From contig OZ245046.1 in the NCBI GenBank assembly GCA_965224245.1, positions 4,416,001 through 4,480,000 on the forward strand: a stretch of 64,000 bases of DNA, given 5' to 3'. This stretch comes from Candidatus Eiseniibacteriota bacterium (GTDB lineage Bacteria > Eisenbacteria > RBG-16-71-46 > CAZAMP01). This document shows positions 46,412 through 54,728 of the stretch, piece by piece. Under the pieces are notes generated by a model, which was not told where the DNA came from, did no database searches, and was given only the letters and a program-made list of their open reading frames with translations. Each line of letters opens with the position of its first letter. Position 1 is the stretch's first letter. Made by a program: the position numbers and the translations under genes.

Positions 46412-47443
46412 GTGCTCCTGGTCATCCTGAAGCTCCTCGTCGGCCTGACCCTCCTGACGATCGGCGCGGACTGGCTCGTGCGCGGCGCCGCGTCGCTGGC
46501 CATTCGTCTCGGGGTCAGCTCGCTCGTGGTCGGGCTCACCATCGTGGCGTGTGGCACCAGCGCACCGGAGCTCCTGGTCTGCGTCCGTGCCGCACTGGAC
46601 GGCCGGACCGACCTGGCGGTCGGCAATGCGGTCGGGTCGAACGTCTTCAACACGGCCGCCATCCTGGGGGCCGCCGCGCTCATCTACCCCATCCAGTGCA
46701 GCGTCGCGGTGATCAAGCGCGAGGTGCCGCTGATGATCCTCGTGGGCGCCCTGCTCGTGGCCGCGGCCCTCGTCGGGGCCCCGGCACACGTGATCGGCCG
46801 GGGCGAGGGTGTTGCGCTGCTCGTGGTGTTCGTGGGCTACATCTGGCTCACGTACGCGCTGGCCCGCCGCGAGGGCTCGTCGGAGTTCGACGAGGAGTTT
46901 CGCGCCGAGCGCGCGGGGACGGCGTTCACGCCACGCATTCTGCTCCGCGACATCGGCTTCGTCGTGCTCGGCATCGCCGGTCTCGTGATCGGGGCCCGGC
47001 TCCTGGTCGACGCGGCAGTGCACATCGCCGTGCTGATGGGCGTGTCGGAGCTGGTGATCGGATTGACGATCGTGGGGGCCGGCACCGGCCTGCCGGAGCT
47101 GGCCACGTCGATCGCGGCGGCGTTTCGCAAGCACTCCGACATCGCGGTGGGCAACGTGCTCGGCTCGAACATCTTCAACATCCTGTTGATCCTCGGCGCG
47201 ACGTCGACGATCACGCCGCTGCCGGTCGAGTCCGAGGTCCTCCGGCGCGATCTGCCGGTCATGATGTTCCTGTTCGTGATCGCGTTTCCGATCATGCTCA
47301 CGCGCCGCCGGATCGGGCGCCTCGAGGGCGCCCTCCTGCTGTCGATCTACGTCATGTATCTGGTTACGGTCTACCGCGCGGGCGCGGTGCCGCTGGACGG
47401 CGGTGTCGTCGTGACGGCCGGCCTGCCCGGCGTCGGAGGGTAA
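46412..47443 (+). CDS. Calcium/sodium antiporter (YrbG-like, CaCA family)
   Basis: GTSAPEL...GNAVGSNVFN and GTGLPEL...GNVLGSNIFN alpha repeats. Confidence 0.92.
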   Translation: MLLVILKLLVGLTLLTIGADWLVRGAASLAIRLGVSSLVVGLTIVACGTSAPELLVCVRAALDGRTDLAVGNAVGSNVFNTAAILGAAALIYPIQCSVAVIKREVPLMILVGALLVAAALVGAPAHVIGRGEGVALLVVFVGYIWLTYALARREGSSEFDEEFRAERAGTAFTPRILLRDIGFVVLGIAGLVIGARLLVDAAVHIAVLMGVSELVIGLTIVGAGTGLPELATSIAAAFRKHSDIAVGNVLGSNIFNILLILGATSTITPLPVESEVLRRDLPVMMFLFVIAFPIMLTRRRIGRLEGALLLSIYVMYLVTVYRAGAVPLDGGVVVTAGLPGVGG

Positions 47444-47448
47444 CGGTG

Positions 47449-48216
47449 ATGCATGCGATCTCGAGAACCGCGTTCGTGACCGGCGCGACGTCGGGCTTCG
47501 GTGACGCGATCGCCCGGCGATTTGCGCGCGAGGGCTGGAACCTGATCGTCGCCGGACGGCGGCGCAAACGGCTCGACGCGCTGGCCGATCAGCTCGACGT
47601 GGCGGTTCACGTGCTCGAGCTCGACGTGCGCGAGCGCCGCCGCGTCCAGGAGGCGGTGACGTCGCTGCCTCCGGCGTTCGCGACGATCGACGTGCTCGTG
47701 AACAACGCCGGCCTCGCGCTCGGCCTCGAGCCCGCCCACGAGGCGTCCCTCGACGACTGGGACACGATGATCGACACGAACACGAAGGGGCTCGTCTACT
47801 GCACACGCGCGGTGTTGCCCCGGATGGTGGCCGCGGGATCGGGTCACGTGGTGAACGTCGGCTCGGTGGCCGGGAGCTATCCCTATCCGGGCGGTAACGT
47901 GTACGGCGCGACGAAGGCGTTCGTCGAGCAGTTCTCACTGAACCTGCGCGCGGATCTCGTGGGACACCCGATCCGCGTCACCAACATCGAGCCGGGGCTG
48001 TCCCGCTCCGAGTTCTCCCTGGTGCGATACAAAGGCGATCGCGAGCAGGCCGACCGGGTCTACGCGGGCACCGAGCCGATCACGCCCGAGGACGTGGCCG
48101 AGGCCGTGTCCTGGGTCGTCTCGTTGCCGCCCCACGTGAACATCAATCGCGTCGAGATGATGCCGGTATGTCAGGCGAGCGGCCCGTTCGCGATCCACCG
48201 AGATCCACCGGCGTGA
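47449..48216 (+). CDS. Short-chain dehydrogenase (YdfG-like)
   Basis: TGATSGFG, LVNNAGLALG, YPGGNVYGATKAF, PPHVNIN. Confidence 0.92.
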   Translation: MHAISRTAFVTGATSGFGDAIARRFAREGWNLIVAGRRRKRLDALADQLDVAVHVLELDVRERRRVQEAVTSLPPAFATIDVLVNNAGLALGLEPAHEASLDDWDTMIDTNTKGLVYCTRAVLPRMVAAGSGHVVNVGSVAGSYPYPGGNVYGATKAFVEQFSLNLRADLVGHPIRVTNIEPGLSRSEFSLVRYKGDREQADRVYAGTEPITPEDVAEAVSWVVSLPPHVNINRVEMMPVCQASGPFAIHRDPPA

Positions 48217-48668
48217 TCACGGCATCGCGGGAAGCGTGGCTCGGACCGGCGGGAAAGATCGGAACTCCAGCCGTCAGCTGAAGAAGGAGCCTGCTTCCGA
48301 CCCTTGCCCGCCGTCCGAATGCGTGGGCGAGACGGGGTCCGGGTGAGACGCTTCCCGATCTCGTGATCGAGAAACGCGGCGTCAATCCCACCCGGACCCG
48401 CTAAGCTGGGGTGGTCCGGCTCCTCTCGCAGAGGAGCGTCCGGACCGGCGTCGGCGTCCGGCGACAGCTGCCCGACGAGTGCCCGAAGCGCGCGACGGCA
48501 CGCCGGACACCCGTCGAGATGTGCCTGGACCCGGTGGCGCGTCGGCGCCAGGAGCGTTTCCTCGAAGCGCTCGGTCATGACCTCGAGAAGCTCTCGACAC
48601 TCCATGAGATCAGTCGAGCGGGGCGATCGCAGGACCGACCGTCTGGAGGCCGTGACGATGCCGATCAT
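48171..48668 (-). CDS. zf-HC2 (anti-sigma-like zinc finger) domain protein
   Basis: GGAGGT RBS; MECRE...VQAHLDGCPACR; low-complexity C-terminal tail. Confidence 0.55.
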   Translation of the reverse strand: MIGIVTASRRSVLRSPRSTDLMECRELLEVMTERFEETLLAPTRHRVQAHLDGCPACRRALRALVGQLSPDADAGPDAPLREEPDHPSLAGPGGIDAAFLDHEIGKRLTRTPSRPRIRTAGKGRKQAPSSADGWSSDLSRRSEPRFPRCRDHAGGSRWIANGPLA

Positions 48669-48975
48669 CGAAACACCTCCCGTCGTGGGTCGTTCGTTCG
48701 GGCCGCCGGTCGGCGGGTGCGATCGCTCGAGACATGGGGTAATACCCCGCTCCCGGGCTGGGGTTTCACGGCGGGCGCCCATTTCCCCGTCGGCAGAGAA
48801 ACCCGTTCGCGCCCCGGCGGTTGAATGAGGGGACCCCGCCCGATTGCCGGCAGAGACGTGTCGGGCGACACCGGTCGCGCGTCTGGACCTGGGCCCGGTC
48901 GGCAGGCGATACTGCCGTCCCGTCGATACCGAGAGAGATCGTTCTTTCCCTGGTGGATGTTCGGAGAGGTACCGG

Positions 48976-50025
48976 ATGCGGCTGTCACGACAGGTCACCC
49001 TCGGTCTCGCCGGCGCAGCGCTCGCCGGTGCGGCCACGTTCGCCACCGCGACGTCCTCGTTCGCCCAGCCGTCCGGCGAGGCCGATGCGGACTCCGCGCT
49101 CGTCCTGCCCGACTTCTCCACCGGCGCGTTCACCGAGTGGCTCGCCGCGCTTCGCTCCGATGCCGCCGGTCGCGGCGTCGACGAGGCCACGCTCGACGCC
49201 GCGCTGGTCGACCTCCAGCCCATCCGGCGCGTGATCGAGCTGGACCGGAACCAGCCCGAGTTCACGCTGACGTTCGACGAGTACCTGACCCGCGTCGTAC
49301 CGGCGCGACGCGTGGCCGAGGGGCGGGCGCTCCTCGCCGAGCATGCGGACCTTCTGGCGGCGGTCTCGCGGAAGTACGGCGTTCAGCCGCGCGTGATCGT
49401 CGCGCTCTGGGGAGTCGAGACCAACTTCGGCGAGCACCTGGGCGGCTTTCAGGTGATCCCGGCGCTCGTGACGCTCGCCTACGAGGGCCGCCGTGCGGAG
49501 TTCTTCCGGCGCGAGCTCCTGTACGCGCTGCAGATCCTCGACGAGGGACACGTCACCGCCGATTCCATGACCGGCTCCTGGGCGGGCGCGATGGGGCAGT
49601 GCCAGTTCATGCCGTCGTCCTTCGTGCGGCACGCCGTCGACTTCGACGGGGACGGGAGACGCGACATCTGGGGCACGCTGGGCGACGTCTTCGCCTCCGC
49701 GGCGAACTACCTGGCCAGCTCGGGCTGGAACGGCCAGAGGATCTGGGGCCGCGAGGTCCGGCTCCCGGACGGCTTCGACGACTCCGCGCTGGGCCAGGCG
49801 GTGCGCAAGCCGCTGCCGGTCTGGCAGGGCCTCGGCGTGCGGCGGATCGACGGCCGCGACCTGCCCGCCGTCCCCGGCGTCATCGCGTCCATCATCCGCC
49901 CCGGGGGCGACACCGGCCCCACGTACGCCGTCTACGACAACTTCGAGGCCATCTTGAAGTGGAACCGGTCCACGTACTTCGCCACCGCCGTGGGCGTGCT
50001 CTCGGACCGGATCGGGCAGCGCTGA
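48976..50025 (+). CDS. Lytic murein transglycosylase (MltB/SLT_2 family)
   Basis: DRNQPEF, ALWGVETNFG, GSWAGAMGQCQFMPSS, ILKWNRSTYFA. Confidence 0.92.
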   Translation: MRLSRQVTLGLAGAALAGAATFATATSSFAQPSGEADADSALVLPDFSTGAFTEWLAALRSDAAGRGVDEATLDAALVDLQPIRRVIELDRNQPEFTLTFDEYLTRVVPARRVAEGRALLAEHADLLAAVSRKYGVQPRVIVALWGVETNFGEHLGGFQVIPALVTLAYEGRRAEFFRRELLYALQILDEGHVTADSMTGSWAGAMGQCQFMPSSFVRHAVDFDGDGRRDIWGTLGDVFASAANYLASSGWNGQRIWGREVRLPDGFDDSALGQAVRKPLPVWQGLGVRRIDGRDLPAVPGVIASIIRPGGDTGPTYAVYDNFEAILKWNRSTYFATAVGVLSDRIGQR

Positions 50026-50102
50026 GGCGGCTCCCCCGCTCCCAGCCGATTCTGCTACGCTCTCGGCTCGATTCACCGGTCATACCCGAAGGAGACTCTC
50101 AC

Positions 50103-52334
50103 GTGCACACGCCTCGCCGCCGACCGACGAGACGCTCGACCCCACCCACCCGCCCGGTCGCCCGCTGGAGGGCGCGAACCGCCGTACGCGAGGGTGTGCC
50201 TCGAGCGGCGATCGCGCTCTGGCTGACCGCCGGAGCGGCGACGGCGTCCGACCCGGACTCGGCGATCGGTGTGGACGAGCTGCGCGCTCACGTGACGTAC
50301 CTGGCCTCCGACGAGCTGCTCGGCCGCGGCACGGGACAGATCGGCTGCCAGCTGGCCGAGGCGTACATCGCGGGCCACTTTCGCGGGTGCGGTCTCGAGC
50401 CTCTGCCCGGACACGACGACTTATTCCTGGACTACCCACTCTTCCGCACCGGATTCGACCCGGCGCGCTCGATGCTGGCCATCGTCACCGACGACACCAC
50501 GGTCACCGCCGAGGCCGGGCGGGGCTTCCGGCCGTTCGACTTCAGCGACGAGGCCACCGTCGAGGCCGAGGTGATCTTCGCCGGATACGGCATCTCGGCC
50601 CCCGAGCTCGGCTGGGACGACTACGCGGATCTCGTCGTGGACGGGAAGATCGTGCTCGTCCTCCGCCACGAGCCCGGCGAGAACGACCCCGACAGCCCGT
50701 TCGACGGAACCGGCGGCACCAGCTACGCCACGTTCGTGAACAAGCGCCGCACGGCGGCCCGGGCCGGTGCGATCGGCATGTTGCTGGTGACCGATCCCCT
50801 TCACCACGATCCCGAGCCGGCGCTTCCGCTGACGGGAGGGCTGTCGCGCACGCCGCCGTCGACCGGCCGCGACACCACCGGCGACGAGCGGACGGGCGAA
50901 GGGACCCCCGGCGACCGGGGGCCGCGCGATCGCGCGGGCGACGACGACCGACCGTTCGTGGCACTCCAGATCACCGAGGCGGTCGCGTCGGCGCTCTTGG
51001 ACCGCTCCGGTGACGAGCTCGACGAGCTGCAGCGACAGCTCGACGACGGACACCTCCACGCACGCGACGTGCGCCTGGACGGCGCGCGAGCGCGCGCCTC
51101 GGTGACCCGCCGGGAAGAGGCCGAGCCCGTGCCGGCCCGGAACGTCGCCGCCTATCTCCGAGGCTCCGACCCGGCACTGCGCGACGAGCTGGTCGTCGTG
51201 GGCGCGCATCACGATCACCTGGGCTTCGAGCCCGGCGTGGGTGACACGGTGTACAACGGCGCCGACGACAACGCGTCCGGCACGGCGGCGGTTCTCGCGC
51301 TGGCCCGCGCGTTCGCGTCCGGGCCGCCCCCTCGGCGAAGCATGGCGTTCGCGACGTGGTCGGGCGAGGAGCGGGGTCTGCTCGGATCCCGCTCGATGGT
51401 GGACGAGCGCCAGCTCCTGCTCGACGACGTGGTCTTCCTCCTGAACCTCGACATGATCGGGCGCAACCCCGACGAGCCTCTCGACGTCATGGGCGACGGC
51501 TTCTCGCCGGGTCTGGAGGACGTGATGGAGACCGCCAACGACGGCGTCGGCGTGAGCTACGCGCTGGGCGGTACGTCCTACTCGGGCAACTCCGATCACG
51601 CACCCTTCTTCGAGGGCGGCGTCCCCTTCCTGCACTTCTTCTCGGGATTCCACGATCAGTACCATCAGCGTGACGATCACGTGGAGCTGGTGGCGTTCGA
51701 GCACATGACCGACGTGGTGAGGCTCTCGCGAAACGTGCTGTCGGCGGTGGCCGATCTCGACGTCATCCCGGCGTTCGTCGCGCCAATCCATTGGCTCGGT
51801 GCCCACGTGGAGCTCCGCGACCCCCGCGGGGAATCACGCGCCGTGATCCGGTCGGTGGACCCGGACTCGAAGGCGGAGGCACTGGGGCTCGCGGCGGGTG
51901 ACGTGGTGATCGGACTCGACGATCGCCGGCTCACGCGCGCGCGTGATCTCACGACCTGGCTGGACGAGGTCGAGCCCGGTGCCGGCGTCGACATCGAGCT
52001 CCGGCGCGGGGACGCGACGTGGCGCGTCACCGTCGAGCGGGCCGAGCCGGGGTTCATCGGCGTCCGGCCGCAGCCGCTCGACGACACCCGGCGGGCGGAG
52101 CTCGGCCTTCGCGACGATCAGGGACTCGTGCTCTCCCGGATCGTTCCCGACGGGCCCGCCGACGAGGCCGGGCTGGCCAGCGGAGACGTCCTCGTCGGTC
52201 TGGCCGGGCGGCCGGTCTCGGATGGAACGCTCCGTGCCGTCCTCGCCCAGATCGGCGCCGGCGAGACGGTCGTCGCCGAGATCATCCGTGGCACCGAGCG
52301 GATCGAGGTCACGGTGACGCTAGGCCGCCGCTAG
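50103..52334 (+). CDS. M28-family peptidase with PA insert and two PDZ domains
   Basis: YLASDELLGRGTG, FAGYGI, GAHHDHLG, NGADDNASG, SGEERGLLGS, SDHAPF; C-terminal PDZ-like repeats. Confidence 0.88.
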   Translation: MHTPRRRPTRRSTPPTRPVARWRARTAVREGVPRAAIALWLTAGAATASDPDSAIGVDELRAHVTYLASDELLGRGTGQIGCQLAEAYIAGHFRGCGLEPLPGHDDLFLDYPLFRTGFDPARSMLAIVTDDTTVTAEAGRGFRPFDFSDEATVEAEVIFAGYGISAPELGWDDYADLVVDGKIVLVLRHEPGENDPDSPFDGTGGTSYATFVNKRRTAARAGAIGMLLVTDPLHHDPEPALPLTGGLSRTPPSTGRDTTGDERTGEGTPGDRGPRDRAGDDDRPFVALQITEAVASALLDRSGDELDELQRQLDDGHLHARDVRLDGARARASVTRREEAEPVPARNVAAYLRGSDPALRDELVVVGAHHDHLGFEPGVGDTVYNGADDNASGTAAVLALARAFASGPPPRRSMAFATWSGEERGLLGSRSMVDERQLLLDDVVFLLNLDMIGRNPDEPLDVMGDGFSPGLEDVMETANDGVGVSYALGGTSYSGNSDHAPFFEGGVPFLHFFSGFHDQYHQRDDHVELVAFEHMTDVVRLSRNVLSAVADLDVIPAFVAPIHWLGAHVELRDPRGESRAVIRSVDPDSKAEALGLAAGDVVIGLDDRRLTRARDLTTWLDEVEPGAGVDIELRRGDATWRVTVERAEPGFIGVRPQPLDDTRRAELGLRDDQGLVLSRIVPDGPADEAGLASGDVLVGLAGRPVSDGTLRAVLAQIGAGETVVAEIIRGTERIEVTVTLGRR

Positions 52335-52646
52335 CGAACGACCGCGCGCCACCCGGATCGCACGCGACCCCCGGCCGGCCCAGGATCCGTCCGCTCGCCG
52401 CCGGCCGGGCGCCCCCGCACGTTCCGACCGACGCCGATCCCCACAAAGAAAAATCGTCGCGTCGCGAAGCGGATTCCCCCCTCCGAATACGCGTTCTCCT
52501 TGTGACGGGGCGCCCCAGCCGGCGCCTCCGTCGGGCCGATCCGCGTCGTGCCATGCGCCGGCGAGGCTGGAGCCCGGCGGTGCGCCGGTGCACCCAGACA
52601 CGAATGCGTCACGCTCGAGCGAGCGTGGCCAACACGGGAGAACACC

Positions 52647-52988
52647 ATGAAGCGTTTCTCGCTTCTCCTGGCCGTCGTGTGTCTGCTGGGGTTCACCTCG
52701 ATCGCGACTGCGACCTGTGACGACGTCGATCACGTCAACCTGACCGTCTCCAGCTGGACCGTCGACGAGTTCTACGAGCCGGGCACCTCGACCCTGCTCG
52801 ACGTCGAGCTCACGATCGCACCCCTGGAGAGCTCGACCGAGGTGGAGTACTGGAACGGCTCCGCCTGGATCCCGGTGACCGGTCCGGTAGAGGTCTCCGG
52901 GTCGAAGACCCGTGTCCGCAACGGGGCGGCGTCGATCCACATGGAGTACGGTGACTGCTCGGAGGACGTCCAGCCCGAGTGGATGTGA
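52647..52988 (+). CDS. Small secreted acidic protein
   Basis: GGAG RBS; MKRFSLLLAVVCLLGFTSIATA signal peptide; one Cys near each end of the mature protein. Confidence 0.7.
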   Translation: MKRFSLLLAVVCLLGFTSIATATCDDVDHVNLTVSSWTVDEFYEPGTSTLLDVELTIAPLESSTEVEYWNGSAWIPVTGPVEVSGSKTRVRNGAASIHMEYGDCSEDVQPEWM

Positions 52989-53019
52989 CGCGAAGGCGGT
53001 TCGTGGGCGCGTGGTCTGG

Positions 53020-54552
53020 CTAGGCCGCGCGCTCGCGGTGGAAGTTCAGCTCGTACTTCGCCGCCTTGCGCGTGCCGATCTGTGCGATGACGCCGATCTT
53101 GCGGAGCTCCCGGAGGTGGTACTTCGAGGTCTCCTGCGTCAGCAGGAACTCGGCCTGGTAGTCACCGTTCTTGAAGCGCGTGCCGGCCCAGCCCATCAGG
53201 AAGCCCGCCATCAGGTCGGCTCGCGGCGCCCGCTTGATGCGGATCTTCTCGCGCAGGGTCGCTTCGAGCTCGGCGCGGAGGCTCGGACGCTCGAACGCCT
53301 CGGTGAGCAGGTTGGCCTCGGTCATCGCGCTCTCGAGGGGGAAGCCCGCGGGCTGCGAGACCGTCTTCGTCCGCGGCATCTCGGCCCCCATCATGGCCAC
53401 CCGCGCGGTGACGTCCACGAACTTCCGGAGCGAGTCCGCCCCGAGTGACGCCGGCAGATCGTCGAGAAGCGCGAAGCACCGGGACATCAGGTACGGAACC
53501 GCGTCGATGTGAATGCGCCGCGATGCGATGGCATCGAGCGACTCGCGCAGGCTGAAGAACTGCTCGCTGGGGTTGCCGACCTCTCGCGCGACCTGAGCCG
53601 ACCGTACCAGGAGCGCCAGCGCGAGCTCGGGACGATCGGTGTTGTCGGCGACCTTGGCCAGGTTGCGCAACGTGCCGGCCGCGTACTGCGGCTGGTTGTT
53701 CTCGACGTGGAACCGGAGCCCGTCGAGGAAGCAACCCTGCGCACCGTCGTAGTCGCCGAGCTGACGCCGCGCGACACCCTCGTTGTTGTACGTGACGCCG
53801 AGCCGGCTCAGATCGAGGAGGTCGAAGCGCTGCTTGCGGACCTTCTCGAACAGCGCCAGCGCCGCGGCCGGCTCACCGGTCTCGAGCAGCTGCTGGCCGA
53901 GGTGCCCGTCCGTCATCGTCACGCCGAGCTCGTTGCCATACTCCTCGAACAGCCGTCGTGCCGCGCGATTGTCCGTCTGGAACGCACCGTGGTCGCCCGC
54001 GCGGTGGTGGGCCTCCGCGCGCTGCATGAGCGCATACGGCTCGATTTCGCGGATGTTCATCCCCAGGATCGCACTGCTGAGCCGGAACGCCTCGCCGACC
54101 TCGTTCAGCTGTAGACACGCACTCATGAGGGCCAGAAGCGCGTTGGCCCGCGTCACCGAAGCGACCGGATTGCGAGCGACGGCCTCCTCCAGCGGCTTGC
54201 GCGCGGCCCGCGCGTCACCGCGGCGGAGGTGGTAGTAGAGGCCCTGGTGGAACAGGAACCGGATCCGATCGGCCTCGGAACGCGATCGCGAGTATCCGGT
54301 CTCGAAGCACTCCAGCTGCTCGGCGTCGTGGCCACACAGCCCGAGCGCCCGCCCGAGGGCGGCCAGGAGATCGAGCCGGCGCTGGAGAGAGATGTCCTTG
54401 TCGAGCGCGCGCCGGGCGAATCGCAGGAGCTCGGCGTCACGGAACGAGTGAGGGACGTCGTCCCTCTCGTACTTCAGGGTCGGTGCGAGCTTCAGCAGCT
54501 CGGCTCTGAGCCCGCGAAGGGCTTCGCTTCGGTCGTTGGGTCTGAGAAACAT
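53020..54552 (-). CDS. TPR-repeat protein with C-terminal winged-helix domain
   Basis: TPR-like repeats (GHLGQQLLETGEPAAAL, TYNNEGVARRQLGDYDGA, LRNLAKV); C-terminal FKNGDYQ...SKYHLRELRKIGVIAQIGTRKAAKY. Confidence 0.72.
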   Translation of the reverse strand: MFLRPNDRSEALRGLRAELLKLAPTLKYERDDVPHSFRDAELLRFARRALDKDISLQRRLDLLAALGRALGLCGHDAEQLECFETGYSRSRSEADRIRFLFHQGLYYHLRRGDARAARKPLEEAVARNPVASVTRANALLALMSACLQLNEVGEAFRLSSAILGMNIREIEPYALMQRAEAHHRAGDHGAFQTDNRAARRLFEEYGNELGVTMTDGHLGQQLLETGEPAAALALFEKVRKQRFDLLDLSRLGVTYNNEGVARRQLGDYDGAQGCFLDGLRFHVENNQPQYAAGTLRNLAKVADNTDRPELALALLVRSAQVAREVGNPSEQFFSLRESLDAIASRRIHIDAVPYLMSRCFALLDDLPASLGADSLRKFVDVTARVAMMGAEMPRTKTVSQPAGFPLESAMTEANLLTEAFERPSLRAELEATLREKIRIKRAPRADLMAGFLMGWAGTRFKNGDYQAEFLLTQETSKYHLRELRKIGVIAQIGTRKAAKYELNFHRERAA

Positions 54553-54728
54553 CGTTTTTCAACTCCACACCCGGTCGGGTACTTCGGAACGTCTCCGGTG
54601 AACGCGGGGGGACGACCGTCGCTTGGGACTATACCACACGGATCAGTAGCGTCGCCCGGTTCTTATGTGGCCCAGGGCGCGGGCGCCGGGCCGCGTCGCA
54701 CAGTCGCGTTGCGGTTCCGCCCGGTATC

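Noticed and set aside
48825-50102. N-terminal extension of the 1169-aa ORF
   Set aside because: Overlaps the lytic transglycosylase in another frame; the peptidase has its own RBS near 50090.
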